Of a stretch of DNA of 64,000 bases, positions 39,066-52,830 are shown one piece after another. This DNA is from Scyliorhinus canicula (lineage: Eukaryota): the NCBI RefSeq assembly GCF_902713615.1, contig NC_052175.1, positions 8,697,941-8,761,940 on the forward strand. The letters are read 5' to 3'. Positions within the stretch are counted from its first letter, which is position 1. Each line of letters starts with the position of its first letter. The notes under the pieces are model-generated. The model ran no database searches and was not told where the DNA came from. It worked only from the letters and a program-made list of their open reading frames with translations. Both the position numbers and the translations under genes were made by a program.

Positions 39066-40099
39066 GTCCATGATTTCATTTAATAACCTATATTAGTGTC
39101 TGAAGACGGCTTGCATTACACTGCAATGAAGATACTGTGAACATCCCCTAGTCTACAATTCCGGCACCTGATCCGGTCCAGTGAGGAAGTATTCAGAATG
39201 TCCAAATGACCAAATTATTTCCGGACTTATGGGAGGATGGGGGAGTGACACACATCCAGCTGATCGGCCATTGGGTAGTCACACATACTCAGCTGATCGT
39301 CTATGGAGGAGTCACACACACACCCAGCTGATCGGCCATGGGAGTGTCACAAAGCCTCAGCTGATGGGCTCCAGGGGAGGCACAGAGACCCAGCTGATCA
39401 GCCACGGGGTAATGACTCACATCCAGCCAATTAGCAGTGGGGTAGTCACACAAACCAAGCTCAATTGGCCAAGGGGACTTACACACTCCTCGCTAAACAG
39501 CGATGCGAAAATTACTCAATCAAGCTGATCGGCCATGGGGGAATATAACAGACCCAGTTGATGGGCCATGAACGTGGAATGTCTCAGACCCAGCTGAGCG
39601 GCCATGGCTGAATCACACAGATGAGATGTTCGACCCTGGACGAATCACTTAGACCCAGGTGATGGGCCATGGAGGAATCGCTGACCCAGCTGATCAGCCA
39701 TGCGGGAAGCACTGACCCAGCTTAACGGCCATGGGAGAGAAATCACAGACGCAGGTGATCAGGTATCGCGGGAGTCAAGCACACAGCCCATCAGCCATAG
39801 TTCAATCATGCACACCCAATTGATCAGCCATGGGTGAATCACACAGACTGAGCTTCTTGGCTTTGGGGGAAATCACAGAGATACAGCTGATAAGAGGTGG
39901 GTGAATCGCACAGACCACATAATCGGCCATGGGTGAACCACAGACCCAGCTGATCGGCCATGTGGGTAATGTCAGAACCGCTCATCTTCCATGGCGGGAA
40001 TCACATGGAACCTGTTGCTCAATCATGGGAGATCACACAGAACCAACTGACCGGCTCGGGGGGGGAATCTCTCAGGCCGATCTGATCTTCTGTGGGAGG

Positions 40100-40385
40100 A
40101 ATCCCGGCTTGGGCCACTGTGTGTGTGGAGTCTGCACATTCTCCCCGTGTGTGCGTGGGTTTCCTCCGGGTGCTCTGGTTTCCTCCCACAGTCCAAAGAC
40201 GTGCAGGTTAGGTGGATTGGCCATACTAATTTGCCCTTAGGGTCCAAATTTCCCTTAATGTTGAGTGGGGTTACTGGGTTATTGGGTAGGGTGGAGGTAT
40301 GGGCTTGCGTCGGGTGCTCTTTCCAAGTGCCGGTGCAGACTCGATGGTCTGAATGGCCTCCAGCTGCCCTGTAAATTCTATGAAT
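40100..40385 (+). mobile_element. HE1-type SINE, 5'-truncated
   Basis: SINE core and 3' end inside the minisatellite. Confidence 0.9.
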
Positions 40386-40814
40386 CATACATTCCAGATC
40401 ACTTGCTTTGGGGCGGGGAGATGTCGCAGACCGAGATAATTGGCTGCGGAGGATTCACAGTACCGTATCTCATCGGCTGAGGAGGAAATCACACAGGCAC
40501 TGCTGATTGACTATGGGATGGAAAAAAACAGACCCGGCTTATCGTCAACTCCGGGAATCCCGGGCGGGGTGGCAACAACAGACCCAGCTCATTGTATACT
40601 AGGGGGATCCCGGGCGGGGGGGGGGGGGGAGGAGCAAACAGACGCAGCTGATCGTCTACTAGGGAAATCCCAACGTGCCGGGAAAGAAACAGACCCAGCT
40701 GATCGTCTACTGGGGGAACCAGGCAGACCCAGTTGAACCACTATGGCGAAAATCACAGAGACCCGGTTCATCAGCGTGTGGGGAATCACACAACCCAGTT
40801 CCTCATACAATTAT

Positions 40815-41115
40815 AGAACTAGACAGTGTAGGAGGAGGCCATTTGACCATTCGAGTCGACATCGGCCCTTCAAAGCACCGACTTAAAGACACACCTCCAC
40901 TGTATGGCCATAAACCAGTAACCACACCTAAACCTTAGGACACTAAGGGTCAATCCACCTGACCTGCACATTTTTGGACAGTGGGAGGAAACCTGAGCAC
41001 CCGGAGGAAACCGGCGCAGACACGGGAGAATATGCAAACTCGACACAGTCAGCGGAATTGAAAACTGCTTCCTGGAGCTGTGAGGCAGCAGTGCTAACCG
41101 CTGTGCCACCGTGCC
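40815..41115 (-). mobile_element. HE1-type SINE
   Basis: Reverse-complement head and core. Confidence 0.85.
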
Positions 41116-41319
41116 TCCCAAACAGCTTACCGGATGTTGGGACGAATCGTCTGACCCAGCTGATTGGCTATGGGTCGGAATTACACAGAGCCATCTGAAA
41201 CAGAAACGGGGAAATCAATCAGTACCAGCTGTCGGTTATGGGACAATCACAGACCCAGCTGATCATCCATTGGAAAATCACACAAACACCACTGGTCGGC
41301 AATGGGGTGCACCACAAGC

Positions 41320-44300
41320 TGTTTCTTGACTTTCGGGTAAACCACAAGGTGTTTCTTATAGCGACCAAATGACCACGCAACCAATATGTTAGCTTAAAGA
41401 CACATTTTATAAATAACACATGACTTGTATCTCTGTGCAATAACACACGCGGCTCCGTACTAAACTACACCTAACGACGAAGATGATCTTAACTGATCTT
41501 CGAGTGACCAGCACTGTGCGAGATAAGGCCTTGATACGGGTCCACGTGATCGGTTTGGGAATGGTTGGGTTCGTCTCAGCTGGGCTGATCAATTCAGGGT
41601 TGGTCGCGGGTTCTTGAACTTGGTTGTTTTGCTGCAGTTGGTCACTCACAGGCCGGTCCCAAAAGAGACAGATCTCTAGTGCGCAGGGCTTTTGATCTTT
41701 CGTTTCTTTCGCACCGTTTTGAGTGGTCCTTATTCCTGGTCCAATGGATAGATAGGGTTTTCGATCACCCTCATCGATCTCAACTAATTAGGGGGCGGAT
41801 GTTTAGATAGCTGGGCGGGACATAGCTATCATTGTCCCAGGCACGTAGGCCTTTCCAAATAAGGGGGTGGCGCCTGTTAGTCTGCCACTGTTGTAACTCC
41901 TTGATTTAAACTCTATTGTCCTGTGGAGAATAGTGATCGACTCTTATTGGACAGAAGTTTCAGCCAAGTCTGGTTTCTTTGCGCAATATACAAAGGCTGT
42001 ATACCTGTCTGTGTTCCAAATTGACCACAATTCCCATGATCCTTTGCAGGTGACCATTTTGTATGGCTACCTTCAGTCCTCTTCATCCTGAACGTGAAGC
42101 GTGGTGGATCACATACTTGATCCCGCAGTCTACCTTCTCAAGCCGGCACTGGTATGTCAGTTCAGGTCCTACTCAACTCTGTCCTAAATGTATTAGACAC
42201 GTTTACCTAATTCATTAATATTACATACATTCAGTAAAACAATTCACTACTGATAGCTATTTCATTCCTAAAATCGGATCCATATAAAACATTTTACTTA
42301 AATTAACATATAAAACAAATTGGTTTCTAACTAAACATTCTAAACTACACCCATGCTACTGGTTTTGCCTGAACAACGACTGCATAACTGATTATCGGGC
42401 CGTAATAGATTTAAACCATGTGTTGGAGAGAAGAGGAGGTTAAAAATTAGAAGACGGGCAGGCTCCATCAGAAATTTGGACACCTTAATTCTTAGACAGT
42501 GTACGTTTCTCATCATCAGGACACCTGAAATGTTTGCGTGCATTAGTTACATTAAATCATATCTCAGAAGGAGCTTATCGCTTAAATCATCACCATCTTT
42601 GGTTGCCAGACTCGTGTCTGCAGATTCCGGGTGGTACCCAGGTAAGCCTTTGGATCGTCTGATTCGTCATATCTTAACAACCTGTTGGAATTGTCACGGT
42701 GCCAAAAGGGAGTATCGAGGTTATCTTGAAGCGATGTGTAACCGGGAACTGGTGTACTGCAAGTGGAAGCAACGTTGTCGGGAGCGGGCGTAGGAAGAGT
42801 CGTTGGGCGGAGACGGTCGTACAAGAAAATCCAAGTCATCGTTCCGGGGGCTAGAGTAGCTGATGGTGGGGAGGTCGCTAGGGATGGTAGTCAAATCCGG
42901 GAGGCTCTCATCAGAAGAAAGTTCAAGGTTGAACCTTTTGAGTATTGGCAGAGTCGAGGGAACAGTGTCGTCCTGAGAGGTGTAGGGTTGGAGCGGGCAT
43001 CGGGCTGAATCGGCAGTGGGCAGAGTGACATCCTCTCCCATTACCAAGGCTAAGTGGTGGGCGTGGCTACGTTGTGTTGCGTAGAGTTTGAGCTTGTAAA
43101 GAGAGGGGCATACATTGTCAGAAATGGAGTAGGCGCCTGTGAATAGAGGGGCTGGGAACGAGCTGGGGTTGTACCACAAATTTATAACTTGCTGGCCGAC
43201 TGTTACTCTATGCATGACCCTTTTTGTGAAAGTTAGCTTCACTCTGCTTTTTCCTAGCGCCTTGTCGGACAGCAGCAGTTATTTGTGCCGCTTTAATGTT
43301 TTCTATGACCTCTTGGACCGCTTTTTCGTGGGTGGGAGCAGTTACTGCGGGATTGGCCAAACCGAGCCCTAATAAATGTCCAATGCCTTACTCGGGTCTT
43401 CCTGCCATAAGGCTGTGGGGGGTGAAACCTGTGGAACGGAAAACTGAGTTCTTGATATTCATGACAGCAAAGGGTAGTACCGTGTCCCAAGTGGAACTGT
43501 TCTGCCGGACCGTGTTCCTGATGGTCGTTTGTTAAAGTGTGGTTCAAGCGTTCTACTATGCAGCTGGACTAGAGTTATCGGCTATGTGGATTTTTTGATT
43601 GATACCGAAAATGGTCCTAACATTTTGCAATACTCTGCTGGTGAAGTTGGTACCTTGATCCGAATCAAGGCTGCGTGGAATACCCCAGCATGTAATGATC
43701 TGTTGGGTCATTTCTTTTGGTGTCCTTTGCCGTGTTTCAACGTGTGGGGAATGCTTCGAACTATTTTGTGAATGAGTCGATGACGACTAGCACGTACTTG
43801 AAACCATTTCTGCAGGGTGGCGAGAGGGGACCAATGTATTCAATTTGCAGATTTTTCCAGGGGCCTTCCACAGGTCGGTTGTGTCCTAATTGTCCCTTCG
43901 TTGCATAATGTTCATGATTGTTCTGGGCTCAACTAAGGCAATTTTCTACATAACGTGTGACATCGCTTTTTAATTCGGGCCTCCAGCACAAGAGTCGTAA
44001 AAGGGAAATGGTTGTGTCCATTCCCTGATGACGCTGTCCGTCATGGAAGTCGTAATTTAACTGGTTTCTGTCTTGGATGGGGACCACATAAGTCCCGTCC
44101 TTGAACACTATTCCGACCTCTATTGTGAGTGTGTCCTTCCATTTATCATCGGGGGCTGGGGTTGTGGTGTTCAGTATCTGTTTAAGGAAGTCATCTGCTT
44201 TCTGTGCCTGAAGTAAAACCTCAATATTGGTTAGGGAGACCAGGATTGAATGTATCTGTTCACACTCGGGGGATTGCCAGAAGTGATCAGTGCTTGATCC

Positions 44301-47300
44301 AGCTTTAGCTATGGCGTCGACCTTGCAATTCCCGGGGGGGGGGGGGGTGACGTGTGGTGATGGCTCTTTTCTTTAAAGATCCCGTGTGTGTGGCCGGTGG
44401 CTTTCTTAAGAATATGTTTCAGGATAGGGGAAGATGGTAGGGGTTTTCCGTCGGCCGATACAAAACCTCGAGATTCCCAGAGGGGAACAAATTTCATTGG
44501 ACTGATGCAGACATACACGCTGTCGGTGTTTATGTCCCCAGGCGTTGGAAATGAGTGTGGGTGTTCAATTACATCGCTCTGGCTGGCAGTTTGGCTGCCC
44601 GCAAACCCAAGAGGCCGGGTAATTGTAAAGAAACCTCTTCTAGTGGGCGTTGCTGTGAGTCCTCCATGTAAATCCCGCATCCTGTTCATCTTACTCCATC
44701 CTCAACAGTGGAGGAGCCATCTACATAGATAATTACTGTGTCCCCTGTGTCTTGGGAACTTTGTGTCTTACCAGCTACACGTGGCTGTAACGATTTGGGA
44801 GCAAAGTGTCCTGTGGGGTGTGTGGCTGCAATTATCTGGCATTCGTGTGGGGTCCCTGCATATTGCAAATTGTCTGCTAAGAACATGTGGGTCTTGGTGC
44901 GTTTCACAGAAATATCCCTGCCTTGTAATAAGAGTTTCCAGCGAGCTGCTATGATCTGGCTCACTGAACCACCCTTTAGTTTGCCGTCTAACAACAGTTG
45001 GATAGGGGTGTTGTCGGTTAATATCGTTTACGTTATGCGAGTGTTGCCTTCTAGCTTTCACGCGTTTGGCGATCGTGTTCTGGCCTATTGTTTCTGGGTG
45101 GGGGCTGGGCTGTTGAGGTCGTTGGTGGTGTGGGAGCTTTTGTCTGTAGTAGCGGGCAAAATGTCCTACTTGTTCACAAGCGAAACATGGACCTCGTTGT
45201 GTGTGGGCTGGGGATTGTGCTCTGGGGTGGTGTTCTCGGGGGAAATGCTCCTCACTTCTGCCCTCATTTATCCATGCGTGTTCCTGGCTAGTTCTGACTG
45301 GGAACATTGTGGTTTCTACTGGTTCTGGTCCATCTGATCCTGAAGTGACTGTTCCCTTGCCCTCTAGACGTCTATGAGAAAATAAGAACATAAGAAGTAG
45401 TAGCAGAAGTAGATCATCCGGCCCTTCGAGCCTGCTCCGCCACTCCATAAGATCATGGCTGATCTATTCATGGTCTCAGAACCACTTACCCGCATTCTCG
45501 CCATATCCCGTAATTCCTTTATTTTTCAAAAAAAAGCTACCCTATCTTTAAATATATTCAATGAAGTAGCGTCTACTACTACTTTCGGTTGGGAATTCCA
45601 TACTTTAACCACAGTCTGAGTGAAGAAGTTCCTCCTTGATTCAGTCCTAAATCTGCTCCCCCTAATCTTGAGCCTCTGCCCTCTTGTCCTACTTTCACTT
45701 GCAAGTGGAAACATCCTTTCTACTTCTATCTTATCCATTCCCTTCAAAATGTTATATGTTTCTATTAGATCCCCTCAACCTTCTGAATTCCAGTGAATAT
45801 AATCCCAATCTACTCAGCCTATCCTCATACTCTAACCCCCTCAACTCCGGAATCAGCCTAGAGAACATCCTCTGCACCCCCTCTAGTGCTAGCACATCCT
45901 TTCTCAAGTGTGTAGACGAAAAGTGCACACAGTACTCCAGGTGTGGCCTCACCAGCAGACTGCACAACTGCAACATTACCTCTCTACTTTTAAACTCAAT
46001 CCCCTTCGCAACGAAGGACAACATTTAATTTGCCTTCCTAATTACTTGTTGCACCTGCAGACCAACCTTCTGTTACTCATGCACAAGTACACCCAGGTCC
46101 CTTAGCAGCATGCCGCAGCTTTTTACCATTTAAGTAATAATCCGTTCTATTGTTACTCCTACCAAAATGCACGACTTCACACTTATTGACATTCTACTCC
46201 TTTGCCCACTCACTCAATGTGTCAATGTTCCTCTGTAAGGTTTTACAGTCCTCAGTACACTTTGCTCTGCAACACACACCTTCGTGTCATCTGCAAACTT
46301 GAATACCTTACACGTAGTTCCCAACTCCAAATCGTCTACTAATATTGTAAATAATTGTGGTCCCAACACCGATCCCTGAGGCACACCACTCGTCACTGAT
46401 TTCCAGCCTGAATAGCACTCATTTATTCCCACTCTTTGTTTCCTGTTAGACAACCAATCCTCTATCCATGCTGGTACTCTACCCTCAACACCATGCATCC
46501 TTATCTTATGCAGCATCCTTTTGTACGGTTCCTTGTCAAAGGCATTTTGGAAATCTAGGTACACCACATACACTGGGTCCCCTTTGTCTACCTTGCTCGA
46601 AATGTCTTCATAGAATTCCAAGAGATTCGTCAAGAATGACCTGCCCTTCATGAATCCACGCTGCGTCCGTTCAATGGGACACTTTCTATCGAGGTGCCCT
46701 CCTATCTCTTTCTTGATAATATAATCAAGCATCTTCCCCACGACAGAGGTTAAGCTAACCGGTCTATAATTCCCCATCTTTTGTCTACTTCCCGTTTTAA
46801 ACAGTGGCGTCACATTTGCTGTTTTCCAATCCTCTGGTACTGCCCCAGTGTTCAGCGAATTTTGGAAAATTGCCGCCACTGCATCTGCTATTAATCCAGC
46901 CATCTCTTTCAGTACCCTGGGATGCATTCCATCAGGGCCAGGAGACTTATAAATCCTGAGCTCCATTAGCTTGCCCAACACTTGCTCTTTCGTGATAGTA
47001 ATGGTTTCCAGGTCCTCACCTACCTTCTTCTCACGGTCAATTGCTGGCATGTTATTCGTGTGAAGACCGATACAAAATATTTGTTCAATGTCTCCGACAT
47101 TTCATCATGTCCCATAAATAAATGACTACGCTCATCCTCTAACGGACCAATGTTTACTTTAGCCACTCTTTTTAGTTTTATATAGTTATAAAAACTTTTG
47201 CTATCTGTCCTTATATTCTGTGCCAGTTTTTTTTTGTCTTTCATCTTACTTTTCTTTATGGCTCTTTTCGTGGTTTTCTGCTGACCTTTAACGTTTCCCA

Positions 47301-50200
47301 ATCTTCTAGTTTCCCGCTGATCTTGGCCAGTTTGTAAGCCTTCTCTTTCAATTTAACAGCCCCATGTATCTCCTTAGACACCCATGGTAGATTACCTCTT
47401 TTCTTACAATTCCTTCTCACTGGAATATACTTTTGTTGAGCACTATGAAAGATTTTTTTGAAAGTACTCCACTGCTCTCAAGCTGTCCTACCATACAATA
47501 TTTGTTTGCAGTCTACTTTAGAGACGTCCTTCCTCATTCTATCGTTGTCCCCTTTGTTCAAGCATAGGACCCTGGTATTGGATTCTATCGTCACACTCTC
47601 CATCTGTATACTTAATTCAACCATGCTGTGATCACTCCTACCAAGAGGATCCCTAACGATAAGGTCATTAATTATTCCTGCCTCATTACACAGGACCAGG
47701 TCTAGGATAGCTTGCTCTCTCGTCGGTTCCATTACATATTGTTCCAGAAAACTACCCCACATACATTCAGCGAACTCCTCTTCAAGGCTACCCTGACCGA
47801 GCTGATTTGACCAATCTACAGGCAGATTAAAATCGCCCATGATAACTGCTGTGCCCTTTTCACAGGCATTAGTTATCTCTTCATTTACTGCCCGTCCCAG
47901 TGTGGTGCTCTTATTTGGTGGCCTATAGACTACGCCTATCAGTGTCTTTTTCTTCTTAGAATTTCTAATTTTTACCCAAATGGATTCAACCTCATTCTCC
48001 ATAGAACCTATATCATCCCTCAATGCCACCCTGATGTCGTCCTTGATTATTAGTGCTACTCCACCTCCCTTACGTACCTGTCTATCCCTCCGAAACGTCT
48101 GGTACGCCTGGATATTTAACTCCCAGTCGTGACCATCCTGCAACCATGTCTCCGTAATGGATATCAAGTCATATTCATTCGCGATGATTTGTGCCGTTAA
48201 CTCATCAACTTTGTTACGAATGCTACGAGCATTCAGGTAAAGTGCCATAATGCTGACTTTCCTATCATTATTAGAGAAATTGGACATCATGAGCTGTCCT
48301 ACGTTATCTTTCCTTTTTGCTTCATTCCTAGTCTGTCTTGAACTTAAACCCACCTGCACACATGCTAACCTGCTGCTTATCCTTCCATTTAACTCCCTAC
48401 TCCCTGTCGCTTTCCCTTTCCCTTCGCCCCGACTCAGAAGTTGAAAGTCCCACTGACCACCCTATTTATCCTTTTCGCTAGAACACTGGTTCCAGATCAG
48501 TTCAGGTGGAGACCGTCCCAAAGGTACAGATACCCCCGGTTCCAAAACTGGTGCCAATGCCCCATGAAATGGAATCCCTCTTTCTCACACCAATCCCTTA
48601 GCCACGTGTTCACTTTCCTAACTTTCTTATCCCTATGCCAATTAGCACGTGGATCGGGCAGTAATCCGGAGATTATGACCCTCGAGGACCTGTTCTTCAA
48701 TTTCCTTCCAAGTGCTTGATAATCTTCAAACAGGCCCTCCACCCTAGACTTGCCTTAGTTGTTAGTTCCAAAGTGGACCACAACAACTGGATCCTCCCCC
48801 TCCAGCTCCAGTATCCTTTCAAGCCTGTCGGAGATCTCCCGCACACTGGCACCGGGTAGGCAACACACCATGCGGGACTCCATATCCGGCTTGCAAAGGT
48901 TACTATCTGTCCCTCTAATTGTAGAATCCCTTATAACAACTACTTGTCTTCTTGCTCCCCCCTCTTGAATGGCCTTTTGCACCATGGTACCATGGTCAGC
49001 TGGCTTATCCTGTCCACAGCCCTTTTCCTCATCTGCACAGGGAGCAAGAATCTCATATCTGTTGGACAAGGTCAAGGGATGAGGCTTCTGCACTCCTGAA
49101 CGAATCCCCCTACCTGCCTCACTTCCAATCGCACCCTGTTTTTCCTGAACACTTACTGAATTTGAATTACTTAATCTACCGGGTGTGACTGCCTCCTGAA
49201 GCAAAACGTCCAGGTAACTCTCCCCCTCCCGGATGTGCCGCAGAGTTTGAAGCTCAGACTCCAGATCATCAATTCCGATCCGGAGTTCTTCCAGGAACAA
49301 ACAGTTGCTGCAGATGTGGTCACTGCCGTTTACAATGGGATCAGCCAGCTCCCACATCATACTATGTACACAAATCTCATTATGTGTGATATCTGCCGGG
49401 TCATACTTCGCGCAAGAATTTTTACCTGTTTCGTTAGCATGTGAAACTCTGGTATGGGACCATTTAGTAGCGTCTTCCTCATGGAAGTTTCCGTATAATG
49501 CCTTGAAATGTATCCATTGGCGACCAGCAAAGGCGGTCGGATGTTACCCTCTCTTTTGCCTATAATTGTTTAGACCCTCTATAGGTTCCCCTTTGTTGTA
49601 TCCGATACATCTAATATTGCGGCCTTCATTTTCTCTCAGGTTTCTCCTCCATCGTTCTGGGGTTCTGGCAAAGCTGACCTTACCAACTGTCTGAGGCTCA
49701 TTACTATCAATTTAACTTCATCCCTGTCACCTAATCCGGACATGACCTTTGTTGGCGCAGCACCTCAAATAAGCTGTGCGTGTCTGCGGTGGGCTGAAAT
49801 GGAGTAATTTTACTGAAAGCTTCCCCTAACTGAGTTACGGAAAGTGGGGTGGTGTAGGTGATATCTGGACCTACCTGATTCCTTATACTTCATTCCGTGG
49901 TGACCGGATTCATGGGTTTCGGGGCAGCTGTGAGGGTTGGTGCGGCCGGTGCTCCCGGTGCCTTTCCTTTTGGCTGGCGTGGCGGCTGCTTTTGGCTTTC
50001 CGTTCCTATAGCCTACATTTGCGCGCTTTCAGTTAACTCTTCCCAATCTGCCATCTCTTCCTCATCTGTCTCATCTGTCCCGAAGGCACACATTAACCCA
50101 TTCCGGACTGAATGTAACGAGAGGAGCCTGTCTATCTTTCGCTGGCATTTAGCGTGGTCAAGGGTGCTCTGCCTTTGTCTTTAGTGGATTGATGGAGCCC
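41320..50200 (-). mobile_element. Defective retrovirus-like LTR element: gag (49375-50200 and 45040-45370), degenerate RH tether plus RNase H (about 44290-45040), integrase (about 42990-44200), PPT, 3' LTR 41320-42070; no protease/RT, env or 5' LTR seen
   Basis: Zinc knuckle CFACEQVGHFARYY at 45146-45187; SQIIAARWKLLLQG; IYVDGSS..NTDS..WESRGF..KSH; integrase H-H/C motif, GPWKNLQIEYIGP, VVIDSFTK, DSDQGT, GPY-like FTGAY; PPT GGATGAAGAGGACTGAAG at 42071-42088. Confidence 0.85.
45372..49375 (-). mobile_element. Near full-length CR1 LINE inserted in the retroviral gag
   Basis: ORF1 (MWELADP..CSNC, DSTIRG, HFGTNN, DGLHLN), APE (YLNARS, ITETW, MGDFN, SDH), RT (DFQNAFDK, KFADDTK), 3' tail at about 45375-45440. 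Confidence 0.93.
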
Positions 50201-51200
50201 TTTTACTGCTCTTGAAACATATTTTGTACTTATTCTCCGAAAACAAACTTCAATTCCATCTTCAAATACTTCCCTTCATTTGCACGTCTTCCTTCCCTCC
50301 TTCCTTCACGCTTTTTTCTTTCCAAAACACCTACACCTTCATTCGCTTCTTCTTCCTTGCTTTCATCTTTCCTCCTCATAATCCCTTATTCCCAGCTCCT
50401 CTCCCTGCTTTCCTTATTATTCACTTTAATCCATACTCTAACTTTATTTCCTCCTTCACTCCTCCCTACCATCTGTCTTTCTTGTTCTTTCCCATTCTCC
50501 ACTCCTGCTTCCATTCCACTTCCTTCTACCACAACATAGCACGTCCTTCCCTCCATCCTTCCTTCCCTCCTAACTTTCCTTCTTCTGTCTTTTCATCTTT
50601 CCTGTCACATTACCTTCCTTTCCTCCTTCATTTCATCCTTTCAGATTTCGATCCAACCATTCTTCCCTTCACTTCAGTCCCTCCGTTTTCTATTCTTACT
50701 TCGTGATTTCGTCCTCCAATATTTCTTTCACTCATCCCTTCCTTCAAACCATATTTCTCTCCGTCCTTCTGACCCTTATTCTTCACTGCCTTTGCCCCTT
50801 CCCTTTTACGATTATTCCTCCCACCTTATCACCCCTCCTTCCTTCTCAACTCTCTTCAGCGTTTTCCATCTCTCCTTCCTTCATCCCTGCTTACTAACAT
50901 ATTTAATTTACCCCCACGTTGCTTGCCTCAATTCTTTGAACATCCTTTCGTTCCTTTGTTTTTACTTTCATTTTTTTACTTCCATAATTCCTTCATTACT
51001 TCGCTGCTTCTATCGTTTTCTCCTCTTTCTCCCGCCTTCACCACCCTTCCTTCCACACTTTCCAACGTGCCCCATTGCCTTCCTTTATTCCTTCCATCCT
51101 TATAACACTTTTTACCTCCTTCCTTCCTTCCGTTATCCGAATTTCTTTCCTTCCTTCCTGCCTTCCTTCCATCTTCCTTCCTTCCAGTTAGTGGCATTTG
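50200..51200. repeat. CT-rich low-complexity tract
   Basis: Degenerate (CCTT)n/(CTT)n; ORFs here are F/L/S/P artefacts. Confidence 0.9.
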
Positions 51201-51920
51201 GGTGAGTTAAACATAATCCGGATAAACTGATGGAGAGATGGAAGGGATGAGTGAAGGAAATATTGGAGGACGAAATCACGAAGTAAGAAGGCCATCAACC
51301 CGATTGGAACCAGTTCAATCTGAATAGATATAATGGCAATTTGAGCAAAGAATAGAACAATTTGTCTCATAATACATATGATAATGTTTGCTCAAACTGA
51401 CTTTCTTTATTCACCTCTTTCCACTTTCCGGCCCACATGAATGAATGTCAGACTCTGTTTGGAACTAAACAAACTCACTTTTCCTCTGTCGATGGATAAT
51501 GAGAGGCAAAATGGCACTGACAACAAAAGATCTGTGGTACTGAGCAACCATCTGTACTCCCAGGCAGATTCACTTTCTTTCTTTCGGGTCAAAACACGTT
51601 ACTGACCAAATATTACATCTGTGGACTATTAACTCCAATGCCTTGGAGCTATATTGTGGCATAATTTTCAACATCATTTAGATTGCATTAATCCAAAAGA
51701 TTGTTACATCACTAAATTAACTAAAACGCCTATGGCTACTATACAGTTTCAAGACTGCAAATATTTTCGAAAGATTTATGGAAGCAGAGACATTTAAATA
51801 AATTTGTATCAACAGAAGGTATATAGTCTCTGAAACTCTTGTTGTTTGCATGGTTGTTCCTTTTTAATCAGAAAAGCTATGCGTTGGTTGCATGTGTGCC
51901 TTTCCAAGACTTTAGTGGGT

Positions 51921-52235
51921 GGCACGGTCGCACAGTGGTTAGCACTGTGGCTTCACAGCGCCAGGGCCCAGGTTCGATTCCCCACTGTGTCACTGTCTGT
52001 GCGGAGTCTGCATGTTCTCCCCGTGACTACGTGAGTTTCCTCCGGGTGCTCCCGTTTCCTCCCACAGTCCAAAGTTGTGCAGGTTTGGTGGATTGTACTT
52101 GCTACATTACCCTTATTGTCCAAAAAAGTTAGGCGGGATTATTGGGTTACGGCGATAGGATGGTAGCGAGGGCTTAATGTGGTCTGAGCAGACTAGATGG
52201 GCCAAAAGGCCTCCTTCTGCACTAGATGTTCTATG
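51921..52235 (+). mobile_element. HE1-type SINE
   Basis: GCACAGTGGTTAGCAC head, core, TCTATG tail. Confidence 0.88.
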
Positions 52236-52543
52236 TCTTCTTCCTTCCATCCTTCGTTCCTTCCTTCCGTCCTTCCGTCCTTCCTTCCTTCCTGCCTCTC
52301 TCCCTCCGTCCCACCCTCCCTTCGCTCCTACCTTACTTCCATCCTTCCTGCCTTTCCCAGTCCTCCATCACTGCTTTCTTTATTCGTTCCTTTCATCCTT
52401 CCACCAAATTTTATTTCTGCTGCACTCTTCACTTTTCTCCCCTCCCTCGTCTCTCCCGTATTTGATTCTACCTTTGCCTCCTGTCTGCATTCCTACTCGC
52501 TGTTATTTATTAATTTTTCTCTTTCTTTCTTACTTCCTTCTTT

Positions 52544-52587
<44 letters not shown>

Positions 52588-52830
52588 TCCTTCTTTCTTT
52601 CCTTCTTCCTTTCTTTCTTACATCCATGTTTCTTTCATCCTTCTTTTCTTTCCTTACGTCTTCCTTCATTCCATCCTACCTATCTCCCATTCGTTTTTCC
52701 ATCTTTCTCACACCTTCATCTCCTTCCTTCTTTCCCCCGTTCATTCCTAATTTCCCTCCATCCTCCACACCTCCTTTCTACCTTTCATCGCCTTCCCACA
52801 GTACACGAATTCTTCCTCCCTTCCATCCCT
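52236..52830. repeat. (CCTT)n/(CTTT)n microsatellite and degenerate flanks
   Basis: Perfect (TTTC)n run about 52545-52590. Confidence 0.92.

Larger units (their letters stand above)
39240..41290. repeat. Degenerate 33-bp minisatellite, consensus about GGGGAATCACACAGACCCAGCTGATCGGCCATG, interrupted by two SINEs
   Basis: CACAGACCCAGCTGATC core recurs about every 33 nt in 39240-40100, 40390-40800 and 41140-41290. Confidence 0.9.

Noticed and set aside
39240-41290. CRISPR-like look of conserved core plus variable spacers
   Set aside because: Vertebrate DNA, variable parts are homologous to each other, no cas genes; it is a degenerate minisatellite
42080-42720. Possible env or accessory gene before the 3' LTR
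   Set aside because: Only short ORFs; no signal peptide, furin site or TM anchor
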